A stretch of DNA of 64,000 nucleotides, taken from the NCBI GenBank assembly GCA_964016885.1, contig OZ024742.1, positions 328,538,001-328,602,000 of the forward strand, written 5' to 3'. This stretch comes from Eledone cirrhosa. Its lineage: Eukaryota. The notes below the pieces were generated by a model that saw only the letters and a program-made list of their open reading frames with translations, was not told where the DNA came from and did no database searches. The translations under genes and the position numbers were made by a program. Numbering within the stretch: position 1 is the stretch's first letter; the number at the start of each line of letters is the position of its first letter. Positions 1 through 11,916 of this stretch are shown piece by piece.

Positions 1-151
1 CGCTAAATCACAAAGAATAACTCATTATAAAAAGCGATGGCGATTTTTTTTTCCAGTTCGTATCGTCTTTATGGAAATCAAATATAACCAATATTGTGTA
101 GTAGAAGGACCATAGACAGTGAATGTTACAGACAGGAATATTTTAAAAAAT

Positions 152-325
152 CATGGCGCATGTAGGATTTTGTGGTTAAGGAGAGCATGCTTCGCAATCA
201 TGTGGTTCTAGATTCAATGTCACTGAATGGAATCTTGGGCAAGTGTCTTCTACGAGAGCCTCGAGTTGACCAATGACATATGAGTGGAATTTGGTTGAAG
301 AGAACTGTAGAAAGCTGCCGAACAT
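152..325 (+). mobile_element. Diverged tRNA-derived SINE followed by a (TG)n-rich tail
   Basis: A-box-like gtggttaag, B-box-like gattcaatgtc, central cttgggcaagtgtcttct motif; (TG)n-like tract at 327-420. Confidence 0.65.
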
Positions 326-984
326 ATGGTGTGTGTGTGTGTGCGTGTATCTGTGTGTGCGTGTGTATGTGTGTATGTGTGTGTTTGTGTGTGTGTGTAC
401 GAGCGTGTGTGTATGCGTGTATTTATATCTCGTAATTCAAGAAACATATGTATTTCAATTATACCATGAATAAACAGCATTCAATTCTTCAGATACAAGC
501 AAAATATAAAATAATGATAAGGAATTCAGCTCCTGTTTGGTTATTCAGAGGTTGAACCGTCTCTCCTTTTCATTTGTACCTGATGTTAATATATTTAACT
601 AACATACCAATCCAGACTGGACATTGGTTCAAATGCTAAGCGAAAACAATAAGACATCTTTAATATATAGATGACTTTACTTTCTACAGTGAAGGGGATA
701 TGCAACACGAAACACTTTTACACAGATTTAGTTGTATAATTGAGATGGATTTTTCCTTTAAGAAAGGAAAATTAATAAAAGAAAAAAAAACAACAAAACA
801 ACACTAATATCATGTTTTATGAATAGAAATAAAGAAATTTAATTCAACAGGATTACAATTACAAATACTTTGGTCACAATAAACTAATCCAATTACAACA
901 CAGACAAATGAAAAATGATAGGATTGAATATGATAAATTCATTTGATGAATTCTGACAACAGAACTAAAATAAAATAAGATAAT

Positions 985-1162
985 TGTTTCTACTTTAGGT
1001 ACAAGGCCAGCAATTACCCTGTGCATTACTGGTACTTTATTTTATCGACCTCGTAAGGATGAAAGGCAAAGTAAACCTTGGCGGGATTTGAACTCAGACC
1101 GTAAAGGGACGTAACTATGCTGGAAAGCATGGCGTCCGACTCTCTACCGATACTGCCAATCC
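985..1162 (-). mobile_element. Young ~180-bp tRNA-derived SINE (family B)
   Basis: Reverse complement of the copies at 5036 and 9728; 11-bp TSD aataagataat (974-984 / 1163-1173); B box gagttcaaatcc. Confidence 0.9.
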
Positions 1163-2049
1163 AATAAGATAATACATTAATAATTTGGCTGTACATACAT
1201 TAGATATTAGTATTAGAGTTTCTGTTCTGTTACTGTTATATTTTCAATTAAAGCCAAATAAATTTTCATTTTACTGATTATCTGAACTGCAACCTAACAA
1301 AATACTAAAATATATCAGATGCTAAAGTTTAAAACCACTACCAAGATAATAATACAAGAACCAAAGAAATGATGAATATGTTTAGTTTGTATGTCATTTA
1401 ATTCTTCTGCCATACAAAAATGTTTAATTTATTTATATTCAATTAAGTACGAGTATTGTAAATAATTACTATGTAATATTATAACTACTTTCTACGTTCG
1501 TCTTAATTTTTAGTTGTTTTGTTATCAGCCTGGATAAAGGTTACGATAAATGCGCAATTGACACATTAAGATGAAATTTCTTTATTGAAATCTTCGATGT
1601 TGTCCTTTGTGTGGATTTACATACCTTCTCTGTTGAAAAATATAAATTTTTTGATCATATTTTTTAGCATAACGCATACCGTGCATCGAAATATTACCTA
1701 TAAGTAGATTTTACTGGTTTATAATCAGAATCAAAGTGTGTGAGTCTTAATGAAGTACAACACCTGTTGAATTTCGTTTATTTCTTGACTGCTTGCCCTC
1801 CTGCCATCTGTAATTAGTTTTAGCAATTCACAGACAAAAACGCTAGCTCGCAAACATATTATAATCTCAATCTAACACGTTCACTCCAATACGTAAATAC
1901 TAAATATTTATTTATATAGTTATCTATATATAATGGATATACTTCTGTTATTGCTTTACAGGAATTGTGCTAATAATTTTGAATTTGTACTTACAAATTG
2001 AAAATGAAAAACATTAGACTGATTCTACAATTCAATTTTAAACAATCAG

Positions 2050-2700
2050 AGATTGTTCGGGAAAGAACTAATGGCTACCGTAACCTTGATATTTTGATCA
2101 TTTATCAACAAGAGTTACAATATTTTACAATGTTTTAAATCTCTCTTTTTAGTGATTTGCGGTTTGTTTCGTTGCTTGACTAGTAATTGCATAAACAGCA
2201 ATGAATCCACTTCCGGCCACGTATGATAATGGAGAAATGCGAAGCAGTAATTTTATTCGTTTCCAAAGTTAGATATATTAGACATAATGCTCGATGGTGT
2301 GATTTTGTCGAAAACGTACATGTTTATCAATGTCACCTTGCAAGTCAATTTCTTCTCCGTGTAGATTTCTTCCAGCATTATTTGCAGAAATTTGAAATAG
2401 CACTGTCTGGTAATTTCAGTTCATCAAAATCTTTAGAACTTGTTAAAATATCTTACTTCAGTGGTCGAAAATGAGAAAAATATCTGTCCAGATTCTCATC
2501 TAACTAAAATAAATCCGCTATATTGTGTTCCTTCACTGCTTGTAATCTTGTAAACCAATAAAAATTCAGTCCTGTAAATCCAAAGTGCCATCTTTCTGTA
2601 GAATGTTCAACCTGTGCATGTTAATTTCATGAGCAGGCTGTTCGTTGTTCGTTAGACTGAGTCCATGCCGAGGCATTGCATTAAAAAGTCTTGCATCAAA
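2050..2700 (-). pseudogene. Highly degraded hAT (Charlie/Buster-like) transposase fragment
   Basis: Broken minus-strand reading gives SY..SGF..QLLVKQRNKPQIT (hAT dimerisation-region-like) and a TEVR-like motif; many frameshifts. Confidence 0.45.
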
Positions 2701-2919
2701 ATCTTTCTTATTAATCAAATTAATTGCGTATACATAGAGTTAGTGTTAAGTTGGAGTCAAGATTAGGACTCGTTAGAAATCAGTTACGATTTGTTAAGTA
2801 TGGGTTAATTGTTATGATTAGTAGTAGCTTTAGAATTACTGTTAAGGTCACAGTTTACACACACACACACACACACACACTTATATATATATATGGGTGG
2901 GAGGTGTATCTATGTATTA

Positions 2920-3075
2920 GGCGGCGAATTGGAAGAATCGTTAGAACGTTAGATAGAGTGCTTTGTAGTATTCATTTTGGTTCTCTGCGCTCTGAGTTCA
3001 GATCCCGCCGACGTAAACTTTCTCTTTCATCCATTAGTGATCGATAAAATATGTACAGTCAAGTATTGGGGTGGA
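2920..3075 (+). mobile_element. Old SINE related to family B
   Basis: ggcggcgaattggaagaatcgttag ... gagttcagatcccgccg ... ctttcatcc ... cgataaaat. Confidence 0.65.
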
Positions 3076-3474
3076 TTTTTCCTCTATATTTCTTTCTCTC
3101 CTCATTTGTCTCACTATCTCTATCTGGAGAGAAGATGGGCTCCGCCAGGTTTAAAGAAAAGCCCTAGAAACGCAGTATGTCTATATGGCTCCCCTACAAG
3201 TTCTCAGGAGTTACTGTCCATACTACACCATATCATCTATATATTATGTAAAGGAGACCGTTATTCAATCAGTGGCAAAGCACTTAGCACGCAACACACA
3301 CACATATATTAATTGCGTACTTGCAGATGTTACGTTCTAAACATGTGTGTAAATAAGAGCTTGCAAACATATTCGTATTTAAATAAATATTTCAATATGT
3401 ATTCCCTTTCTCACTCTCTCTCTCACGCGCGACCACCCTTACACACACACGAAAAAGCACAAGCACATGTACGC

Positions 3475-3518
<44 letters not shown>

Positions 3519-4324
3519 CATACATATATATATATATGTGTGTGTGCGTGTGTATATATATATATGAAACAAAAATAATATTTTAGGCTATGTTTACATA
3601 ATTTTGATCGTTTAAGTTGTTAATTAGAGACTATGGATGGAAAAGTTAAGTAAATACGATGGCAGAAAGATAAATAAATTAGTTTCTAAGTTTGTCACAA
3701 GGCCACACACATGTATGTGAATAGATTGAATCTACCGAAGATTATTACCGGTATTTGATCACACTGGTCAATGTAATCTTTCCGGTCTAATAACATAAAA
3801 TACCAGTCCGAGATTGGGGAGGGTAATTGGCAAAATTGGTGCTTGCCTTAGCTTGTTTGTCTCATCTTTTTGCCTCCTTGGTTCAAATTCCGCATGGCAT
3901 ATTTTAGATTTACTTCAGCTTGAAGGCTTCTGTATTCCTTCCATGAAAATGTTAGGAACACTACATACTAAAATTGTTCAAATGGATTTAGCAAACCTAC
4001 CTAGGTGGTTATGAAGTTCAGTATGCAATCATGAGTACATTAGTTCCTTCCTGAGAATTTGGGAAAAGAAAATATGGTTGGTAAAATAAATAGCGGAATC
4101 AACACCAAATAAAATGTCCCATTTGTTGTAATATTTCCCAGAATCTAAACACTTTTGTTAAGTGTACGAGTAAAGTAGCGTGTTTCCAAAGAAATTGTTT
4201 AAAATAACATTCAACATGCAAACAACATACAGATATGCATATATATACATATATATACATATATATACACATATATATATACATATATTTATGATGTAGT
4301 CATCGAGTAAATTGAAAATATTTT

Positions 4325-4420
4325 AAGGTGGGTGCTTGACATAGGGGTTAGGGTATACGCTTCCCAACCATGTTGAATTTGGTTTACTCCTACTCAGTGT
4401 CACTTTGAGAAAGTGTTTTC
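4325..4420 (+). mobile_element. SINE head fragment
   Basis: ggttagggtatacgcttcccaaccatg resembles the head of the SINE at 152-325. Confidence 0.5.
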
Positions 4421-5035
4421 AAATTTAGAAGAAAGAAACTGCATAACTCCGCTGCAAAGCGAAGATCATCCCCATAATTTCAAACATCGACCTTATGATA
4501 TTTTCCCAAAAGAGCTAACTGAACAGAAGCGAGCTTTTTCTCTAAAAATCTTTTTTCGCATCTTTTCCTTTTCTCACTTTCTTCTATCTTTCTATTACTT
4601 CCTTTAATTTCATTCCGTCTTCTGATGAAATGAAATTAAATCCTGCGAAACCATTTTACTGCCTTGAGAGCTGATGAGGATGAAGATGTGTGTGTGTAAA
4701 CTTGTCTGATACATCGCCTTTCTTTCTTTATTTATTTCAGTCATTTCTATGTGCCAACACACTTCTCCTTATCCCCCTCCTCTTTCAATATTTTCCATAC
4801 TTCATCTGCCTGTGTCCAACCTTGACGACTGACTGTTGACGACTGACTGCTGGTACTGTCCTCTGAGGCATGTTTGCCCATCACTGTTCTTGACAACCTT
4901 TAGCTGAATTAACGGGTTTTCTAGCGATGAGTTTTCTCATTTTTAAAAGTATATAAATATATATATATATAAAAAATTAAGGGAAAGCAAATAAAGCAAA
5001 AATTTCAAATGTATCCCTGTGTGTGTTAATTACAT

Positions 5036-5217
5036 GGTGGATTGGCAGTATCGGTAGAGGGTCGGACACCATTCTTTCCAGCATAGTTACGTCCCTTTAC
5101 GATCTGACTTCAAATCCCACCGAGGTTGACTTTGCCTTTCATCCTTACAAGGTCGATAAAATAAAGTGCCAGTAATGCACTGGGTAATTGCTGGCCTTGT
5201 GCCTAAAGTAGAAACAA
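5036..5217 (+). mobile_element. SINE family B
   Basis: ggtggattggcagtatcggtagag ... gtagaaacaa; TSD ttaattacat (5026-5035 / 5218-5227). Confidence 0.9.
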
Positions 5218-5283
5218 TTAATTACATGTAGGAACACAAGAAATAGATCCCGTCGCATTTGTTGGTATAACCCACCATATAAT

Positions 5284-5934
5284 ATGGAGGTGGCCACACC
5301 ATTAGCTAAGATCTTTCTCTCCCTTATTACGAAGCATTTTCCCCCTACACATAAATATAGTAACATTTTTAATAGAAATACTATTAAAATTTCTTACTCT
5401 ACGACTCCTAACCTTGAACATAACATCACAGCTTCAAATTTAGCTAAACTACCTAGCCGTAGGAACACGTGCAACCCTGTACATAGTACTAACTGTAATT
5501 GTAGGAATCGGGCTGATCGCCCCCTATCCGGGAAATGCCTCTCTAGTAACATTGTCTACAAATGTAAGGTTGTAACACCCACGTCCCGTAGGGCCTACAT
5601 AGGGTTAACCGCCAATAGTTTCAAGCAGCGTCTTTACATGCATACCCATTCTTTTCGTTACCCTCTAAGAAGGAATATGATGTCACTTTTAGCTTATATC
5701 TGGAGTCTAAAAGACAACCACACCCAATATAAGTTACACTGGGAGATCCTAGCTAGGGCTAGATCGTATAACGGAAATAAAAGACCATGTGACCTCTGCG
5801 CCGCTGAGGCCCTGGAAATACTCTACGCCACAGACCACATCTTAAACAAAAAATCTGAGGCAATTTCGGCTTGTAAACATAAATTGCACAAAACTTTCCT
5901 GTATTACAGCCCCACGTTATACCCTAACGGATAG
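5284..5934 (+). CDS. C-terminal part of PLE ORF: linker + GIY-YIG endonuclease
   Basis: The frame continues upstream through WYNPPY; KHFP..IFNRNTIKISYS, CNCR..GKCL, IVY..YIG.T..FKQR..H, YIW.LK, C.LC..E, LNKKSE..CKH. The RT is absent (truncated). Confidence 0.85.
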   Translation: MEVATPLAKIFLSLITKHFPPTHKYSNIFNRNTIKISYSTTPNLEHNITASNLAKLPSRRNTCNPVHSTNCNCRNRADRPLSGKCLSSNIVYKCKVVTPTSRRAYIGLTANSFKQRLYMHTHSFRYPLRRNMMSLLAYIWSLKDNHTQYKLHWEILARARSYNGNKRPCDLCAAEALEILYATDHILNKKSEAISACKHKLHKTFLYYSPTLYPNG

Positions 5935-6875
5935 TACGATCTATACGTGGATATTTTACGTCTTGATGTGGGAGCTAAATATATGTTTTCTTTATACCAT
6001 TACTTATTTGCATAGGTAAGTTTATATTACCCGTATGTTTTGTGAAGGTACGTATACCTTCTCGTACGTATATTTGATTGTTTATGTTATGGCGTATAAT
6101 TTTATATATTCTGATACATATGGTTTGGCTATGTGTATACGGGAGTTTTGCGTCTGTGTGAGTATGCAGGTTCGTACGTATGTAGGGTGTGTGTATATGT
6201 GTACTTCATGTTTTGGTTGACTTACGTCTCCGAACATTCGTGTATTTACATGTAGGTATGTGTGTGCGATTGTTATATACGTAATTATTTATTTATATAC
6301 CTTTATATAATTATTTATTTATTTGTATACACGCATACACACACACACATATTTATATGTGCGTGGTTTTGTATACCTATGGTAAGTGTTTTGCGTATGC
6401 TTGTGTATGTACATATTTGTCTGCGTGTATGTATTTATTTATTTATTTCTATTACTTCCGTATTGTATTTACTTACTTTGTTCTTAACTCTGTAGCGGAG
6501 ATTCATTCGGTCTCCTAGTTAGTATTTTAGTCTACGACTTCTTCTATACCATTTACGTGGTTTTGTCTTTGCGTGCTATTGTTCTCCACGCTCCACATAT
6601 GACGTATTATCTTCGATTTTTTCGTTCATTGCCATAGAACGTTTCTATGAACCACCTAAGAGAACATTAGTCTACGACCTCTTTTATACCATAAACGTGG
6701 TTCTGTCTTTGCACGTAATTGTTTTTCACCGCTCCTATTAATGACGTATTATATTCGTTTTTTCCCGTTCTTTGCCAGCGAACGTTTCCACGAACCAAAG
6801 TATCGTCTTCCTGTCTTCCTCCGGTTGCAACGTTTTTTGAAATATCCACTTCTGCGTTTACAGATTGACTTTGTT

Positions 6876-6926
6876 AGTTTCAGAAGATCCCGTTAAGGGT
6901 GAAAGCAGCGATTCTTTGCTTAAACT
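6876..6926 (+). ncRNA. Type I hammerhead-like motif, variant core CAGAAGA
   Basis: agttt-CAGAAGA-tccc gttaa gggt-GAAA-gca...tgc-TT-aaact; stems I-III pair; U4 is replaced by A. Confidence 0.6.
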
Positions 6927-7052
6927 TTAATCTGTTATTTTAATAAATATTTGCTCTATGGTTCTTATATATTTGATATATATTTATCCTTATCGAGCCC
7001 TCTTTGGATTTTAGTCTTCAAATTTATTATTATTACTATATATATATATATA

Positions 7053-7187
7053 TTGAGAATTAGCCGTCGAAACGGCTTGAGCTCAGCTGTCGGGATCTTA
7101 CTGGTTCCTATTACCCACTCTACTACCCCAAGTATTGAGTACTTTGGTGCGTTATGGTCCACCTGGTTCCTTACCACATTTCCTTCG

Positions 7188-7190
<3 letters not shown>
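7053..7190 (+). mobile_element. PLE 3'-terminal fragment (3' half of HHR + tail) within (TA)n
   Basis: ccgtc-GAAA-cggc..gctg-TC-ggg; same family at 25785-25953, 53776-53971 and 55447-55503. Confidence 0.7.
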
Positions 7191-7249
<59 letters not shown>

Positions 7250-7251
7250 CA

Positions 7252-7711
7252 GAGAGAGAGTGGAAGCAGTAAGAAAGAAACAGACAATCGCAGCTGCGGA
7301 AAAAATATAAATATAAGAAAAATGGAGAGCTGCGTGGTTGCACTTGGGTTACATACGAATACAATTAGTCCTTCATCAGTGATCTTCCAACCTTCATTGG
7401 TATTTCATCGCTTTAAAAATCATATACCGCTGGTTGGTGGAAGCAATAACTAAATAAAGTTATTGGGACAAGTAAAATAGCGTGAAGCGAGTGAGACATG
7501 TAAACAAAGATGGTATTGCAACGGAAAGATAGGAAGATACATGATTTTTAAAGCGATGAAATACCAAAGAAGGTTGGAAGATCACTGATGATGGACTAAT
7601 TTTATTCATATGTAACCCACGTGCACCCACGCAGCACTCCATTTTCCTTATATTTATATTTTTTCCTCAGCTGCGATTGACTGTTTCTTTCTTACTGCTT
7701 CCCCTCTCTCT
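7252..7711. repeat. Fold-back element with ~170-bp inverted arms (7252-7423 / 7541-7711)
   Basis: The arms are reverse complements; related to 30741-31760; next to (TA)n. Confidence 0.85.
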
Positions 7712-7755
7712 GTATCTCTCACCTATGTGTATATATTATACCCCATATATATACA

Positions 7756-8024
7756 TTATACCCTAACGGATAGTACGATCTATACGTGGATATTTTACGT
7801 CTTGATGTGGTAGCTAAGTATACGTTGTGTTTATACCATTACTTATTTGCATAGGGAACGTTTCCACAAACCAAAGTATCGTCTTCCTGTTTTCCTCCGG
7901 TTGCAACGTTTTTTGAAATATCCACTTCTGCGTTTACAGATTGACTTTGTTAGTTTCAGAATATCCCGTTAAGGGTGAAAGCAGCGATTCTTTGCTTAAA
8001 CTTTAATCTGATATTTTAATAAAT
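7756..8024 (+). mobile_element. Second copy of the PLE pLTR lacking the 763-bp segment 6016-6778 (apparently spliced)
   Basis: 7756-7854 matches 5917-6015 and 7855-8024 matches 6779-6950; degenerate HHR at 7952-8002. Confidence 0.85.
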
Positions 8025-8045
8025 ATATATATATATATATATATA

Positions 8046-8208
8046 CCGTATTTCCCGGCACCAAAGAAGCTTCGTCCACGAGGGCGCACCCTAATTTTGA
8101 CAATCAAACATTTGAAAAAGACAATAAACAAACTTCGGCCTCCAGAATGCATGGTAGATTTTTTAGACTTATTTCAGGGAAAAAGTAGCGTCTTTGACGC
8201 CGGAAAAT

Positions 8209-8210
<2 letters not shown>
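8046..8210. mobile_element. Tc1/mariner-pogo-type MITE
   Basis: TA|ccgtatttcccggc ... gccggaaaatac terminal inverted repeats. Confidence 0.65.
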
Positions 8211-8255
<45 letters not shown>

Positions 8256-8306
8256 ATAATGAAATGACAGGAGGCTCGATTTGTGTAAATCCTTGAAAGG
8301 TTTATT

Positions 8307-8364
8307 ATACTATGATCATTTCAATGACCGGGTTCCGTATGAATCCGGTGATATCATCAGGTAT
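8307..8364 (-). ncRNA. Type I hammerhead ribozyme motif
   Basis: Reverse complement of 9621-9678; stem II accgg/ccggt. Confidence 0.7.
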
Positions 8365-9620
8365 TCGAAATATAATACGTGAATGTAATAGGTAAAATCC
8401 ATGGGGCTGAAAATCGAGACCCGAGGGCGACCGCTATTCTGTTCCTTCAACCTCCGCCGGTCGCCCTGGAGTGACGTGGCTAAATTTTATAGTATGCTAC
8501 TACCGGTTAGATGAACGAAAACAGAAAGGGATGGGAGCATAAGTTAACGTCGATCTCATGACACAAGGTAAAAGAAAGAAAGAAAGGAAGGAGAGAGAAG
8601 AAGGGGGAAGAAAGAAGAAGAGAAGCCAGGGTTAATGTCAGCTAAAAGAAGAAAGGCAACTACTACTGGTCAGATATAGGCAAGCAAGAGGGGGAAGGAA
8701 GATAAGTCTGCGGGAGGAAGACAGGAGGAGGGGAGAAGAGAAGGAAGGGAAGACAGAAGTAGAAAAGTAAGGGTTGATGGCTACAAGTAGGAAGATAGAA
8801 AGAAAGAGGAAGAAAGGTCGATATTAATGTCAGACCACAGTCAAGCCAAGAGTGACGCGAGAATACTCGGCGTAGCTTAATTCGCCATGGGGCCCGGGGC
8901 GCGGCCGGTGTTTTAACCGCCACATAGTACCTTTAAATTACAGAACAAATCGGAACTATTATATAATTAAATGTTAAACTGTTGAACTTTAAATTTTCTA
9001 ACCTCTTTAATATTGAATATTGATTATTAATTTGTTTAACTTCATCCTAGAAGTCTAAACACTGTAACACACTGACTCCCAATATATTCATCTCTGCTAA
9101 GATGCGGGTCCCTGTGAACATTTTCTCGCGCCACTCCTGGCTTGACTGTGGTCTGACATTAATATCGACCTTTCTTCCTCTTTCTTTCTATCTTCCTACT
9201 TGTAGCCATCAACCCTTACTTTTCTACTTCTCTCTTCCCTTCCTTCTCTTCTCCCCTCCTCCTGTCTTCCTCCCGCAGACTTATCTTCCTTCCCCTCTTG
9301 CTTGCCTATATCTGACCAGTAGTAGTTGCCTTTCTTCTTTTAGCTGACATTAACCCTGGCTTCTCTTATTCTTTCTTTCCCCTTCTTCTCTCTCCTTCCT
9401 TTCTTTCTTTCTTTTACCTTGTGTCATGAGATCGACGTTAACTTATGCTCCCATCCCTTTCTGTTTTCGTTCATCTGACCGGTAGTAGCATACTATAAAA
9501 TTTAGCCACGTCACTCCAGGGCGACCGGCTGAGGTTGAAGGAACAGAATAGCGGTCACCCTCGGGTCTCGATTTTCAGCCCCATGGATTTTACCTATTAC
9601 ATTCACGTATTATATTTCGA

Positions 9621-9678
9621 ATACCTGATGATATCACTGGATTCATACGGAACCCGGTCATTGAAATGATCATAGTAT
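9621..9678 (+). ncRNA. Type I hammerhead ribozyme motif
   Basis: atac-CTGATGA-stem II-GAAA-tgatca-TA-gtat; palindromic stem III atgatcat; followed by aataaa. Confidence 0.7.
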
Positions 9679-9727
9679 AATAAACCTTTCAAGGATTTAC
9701 ACAAATCCAGCCTCCTGTCATTTCATT

Positions 9728-9908
9728 GTGGATTGGCAGTATCGGTAGAGGGTCGGACGCCATGCTTTCCAGCATAGTTACGTCCCTTTACGATCTGAGT
9801 TCAAATCCCGCCGAGGTTGACTTTACCTTTCATCCTTACGGGGTCGATAAAATAAAGTACCAGTAATGCACTGGATAATTGCTGGCCTTGTGCCTAAAAG
9901 TAGAAACA
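9728..9908 (+). mobile_element. SINE family B
   Basis: Near-identical to 5036-5217. Confidence 0.9.
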
Positions 9909-10053
9909 ATTATAATATTTAACTCCGTAATAGCACCACCAACTACAAAAACAAAGACGGTTGAACTGCTTTACGTTGAGTACTCTCTATATTATTGCAT
10001 TACGATTGACCATACGGAATAGACCAGCTCTATACAGTGGTGAACCTCAAACC

Positions 10054-10102
<49 letters not shown>

Positions 10103-10353
10103 CTTTATGTACATACGTAAACAGAACTGCTAAACATTACCTGAATACTTAATATACGTGGGCAGAATATGTTATATTTTCCCAACAATTATGTTACATT
10201 GAATTTGAAGTTTCAACAATTATTCTTCGTATTTATCAATATATTCTCATTCTAATAGTCGATCTATATATCTAAATACCTATATAATTATCGCTTTATT
10301 TGTCTCTCTATCTACCTTTTTATCTATTTGTAAATACACCGCTCTATCTATCT

Positions 10354-11432
10354 ATCTCTACGTATTCCTTACCGGACAACCGGTGTGGGCCCCGTTCGTG
10401 AGGCGAGCCTTCCCACGACTCGTCTCGCTGACCGAGCTGCAGTCCTGTGTCAAGCAAAGACCGAGGAAAATGGGCGACTGGCACATCGAATGTGCTCAAG
10501 CGCTCATAGCCCTCTAGCAGGCGGACCCGGCGATCAGTGGAGACTCCACTTCGTCATTCTATAGAGGGTTGATCCGCAGCAAGTGCGACGACGCGCTCGG
10601 TGAAACTCTAGGCGTAGGGGAAGATGAACTGGCCAGTCTGTTCGGTAGGACCTTCCACCCGGGACCGATGGACAACTTCAAAAGTCCCTGGCCTGGCAGT
10701 GCTACCGAGGAGCTCTACCAGTTCGAGACAAGCTCTACAGACATGGGTGCCCGGGCAGGGACCCTGCAAAAAAGATCTGTCCGAGGTGCGTGCAAGACGA
10801 AGAAACCGTCGCGCATGCATTCATACACTGCCCGGGCGTCACTGACCTGTGGGGCTATGTAGAACGACTATTGTCGCGGGTGGGACCAATCTGGTTGACC
10901 ACCGAGTCCATTGTCATGATCAAACCGCCACTCTCCTTCAAAAACGAAGGAGAGGCGGTTTTCCTTTGTGTGATAGCTATGGCGAAAGAGGTTGTATGAT
11001 GGACAAGGTTGAAAGGGCTGAGGTCAGACACCTTTCTCTCCGGCCAACAACTGATTCTTTTTTTCAAATACCACTTTGGAAGAAGAATCAGCATGGAGAG
11101 AGAGGTGCTGTACCCCAGCAAGTTTTATGAAAGGAGGGTGAAAGTGGCGAGAATGGCCCGAGTGAATGGGCCTTCTCTCTATATCAGCCTGTAGGTTGAG
11201 GAAAAAGAGGAGGAGAGGAAAAGAGTACAAACTCTTCGTACTCCTGGAGATGAGGGTTGCACATTTTTTCGGGGGTATGTGTTACCCATATGAACTGTTT
11301 CCCCCTATTGGGGAAAATCGACTAATTTTTAAATTGCATTTGTGATAGCATTTTACACGTTTTTATCGTATGTAAACTTCCCCCTTTGTATTTGTCCCCT
11401 ACTGTTGTGCCCCTGTAGCTAATAAAGAAACA
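10354..11432 (+). mobile_element. 5'-truncated Tx1/L1-type LINE (3' end of ORF2 + 3' UTR)
   Basis: Highly similar to 16204-17287; CPRC..ETVAH..IHC zinc finger; aataaa; (ATCT)n on both sides. Confidence 0.92.
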
Positions 11433-11688
11433 TATCTATCTATCTATCTATCTATCTATCTGGTTTTACTTGAGACGTGTGCCAGTTCGCTGGTATGTTT
11501 TTGTTGATTTTCTAAGTAAGAAATCAACAATTTATCGTTAAGTTTATTACTATTTTATAGCTTCACCCCACGTCTGGACTTTCATACGGTGGGTCAAGTC
11601 ATCTTCACCCCTGCCTGGGGTGACATTTTCGTTTTGAAAAAAAATTCCACGGTGGAAAAAAAAGTGTAAACAAACCTTGCATTCAGTC

Positions 11689-11883
11689 ATGAACGCTGCG
11701 TTCATAACTAGAAGTGGTGGTGAGGCGGTAAGAATGTTAAGCTCGCAGTCACCTCCTCTCACCACCTCATTGAAAGACATCCAAAATGTCGTCAGTTTTG
11801 AAAACACGATGTCGGACGTTGATTGTAACATCAACACTAACACAAACACCAATAATATGCAAAATATAAACAACACCAACCAG

Positions 11884-11916
<33 letters not shown>

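Larger units (their letters stand above)
5228..7040 (+). mobile_element. 5'-truncated Penelope-like element (GIY-YIG end + pLTR with intron and HHR)
   Basis: GIY-YIG ORF, then a 3' region duplicated at 7756-8024, an HHR-like motif, aataaa and a (TA)n junction. Confidence 0.85.
8258..9727. mobile_element. PLE fold-back with ~605-bp near-identical inverted arms (8258-8863 / 9123-9727)
   Basis: The arms are reverse complements, each with an HHR and aataaa; the spacer has an LHPRSLN remnant resembling the PLE endonuclease C-terminal L.P.GLN motif. Confidence 0.8.

Noticed and set aside
1200-2050. Host exon or promoter in unique AT-rich sequence (also 21300-23150)
   Set aside because: No ORF, splice pattern or motif cluster distinguishable from background.
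4430-4720. Two CTGATGA motifs (4622, 4671) after a possible PLE ORF end
   Set aside because: I could not build convincing stems I-III; at best heavily decayed.
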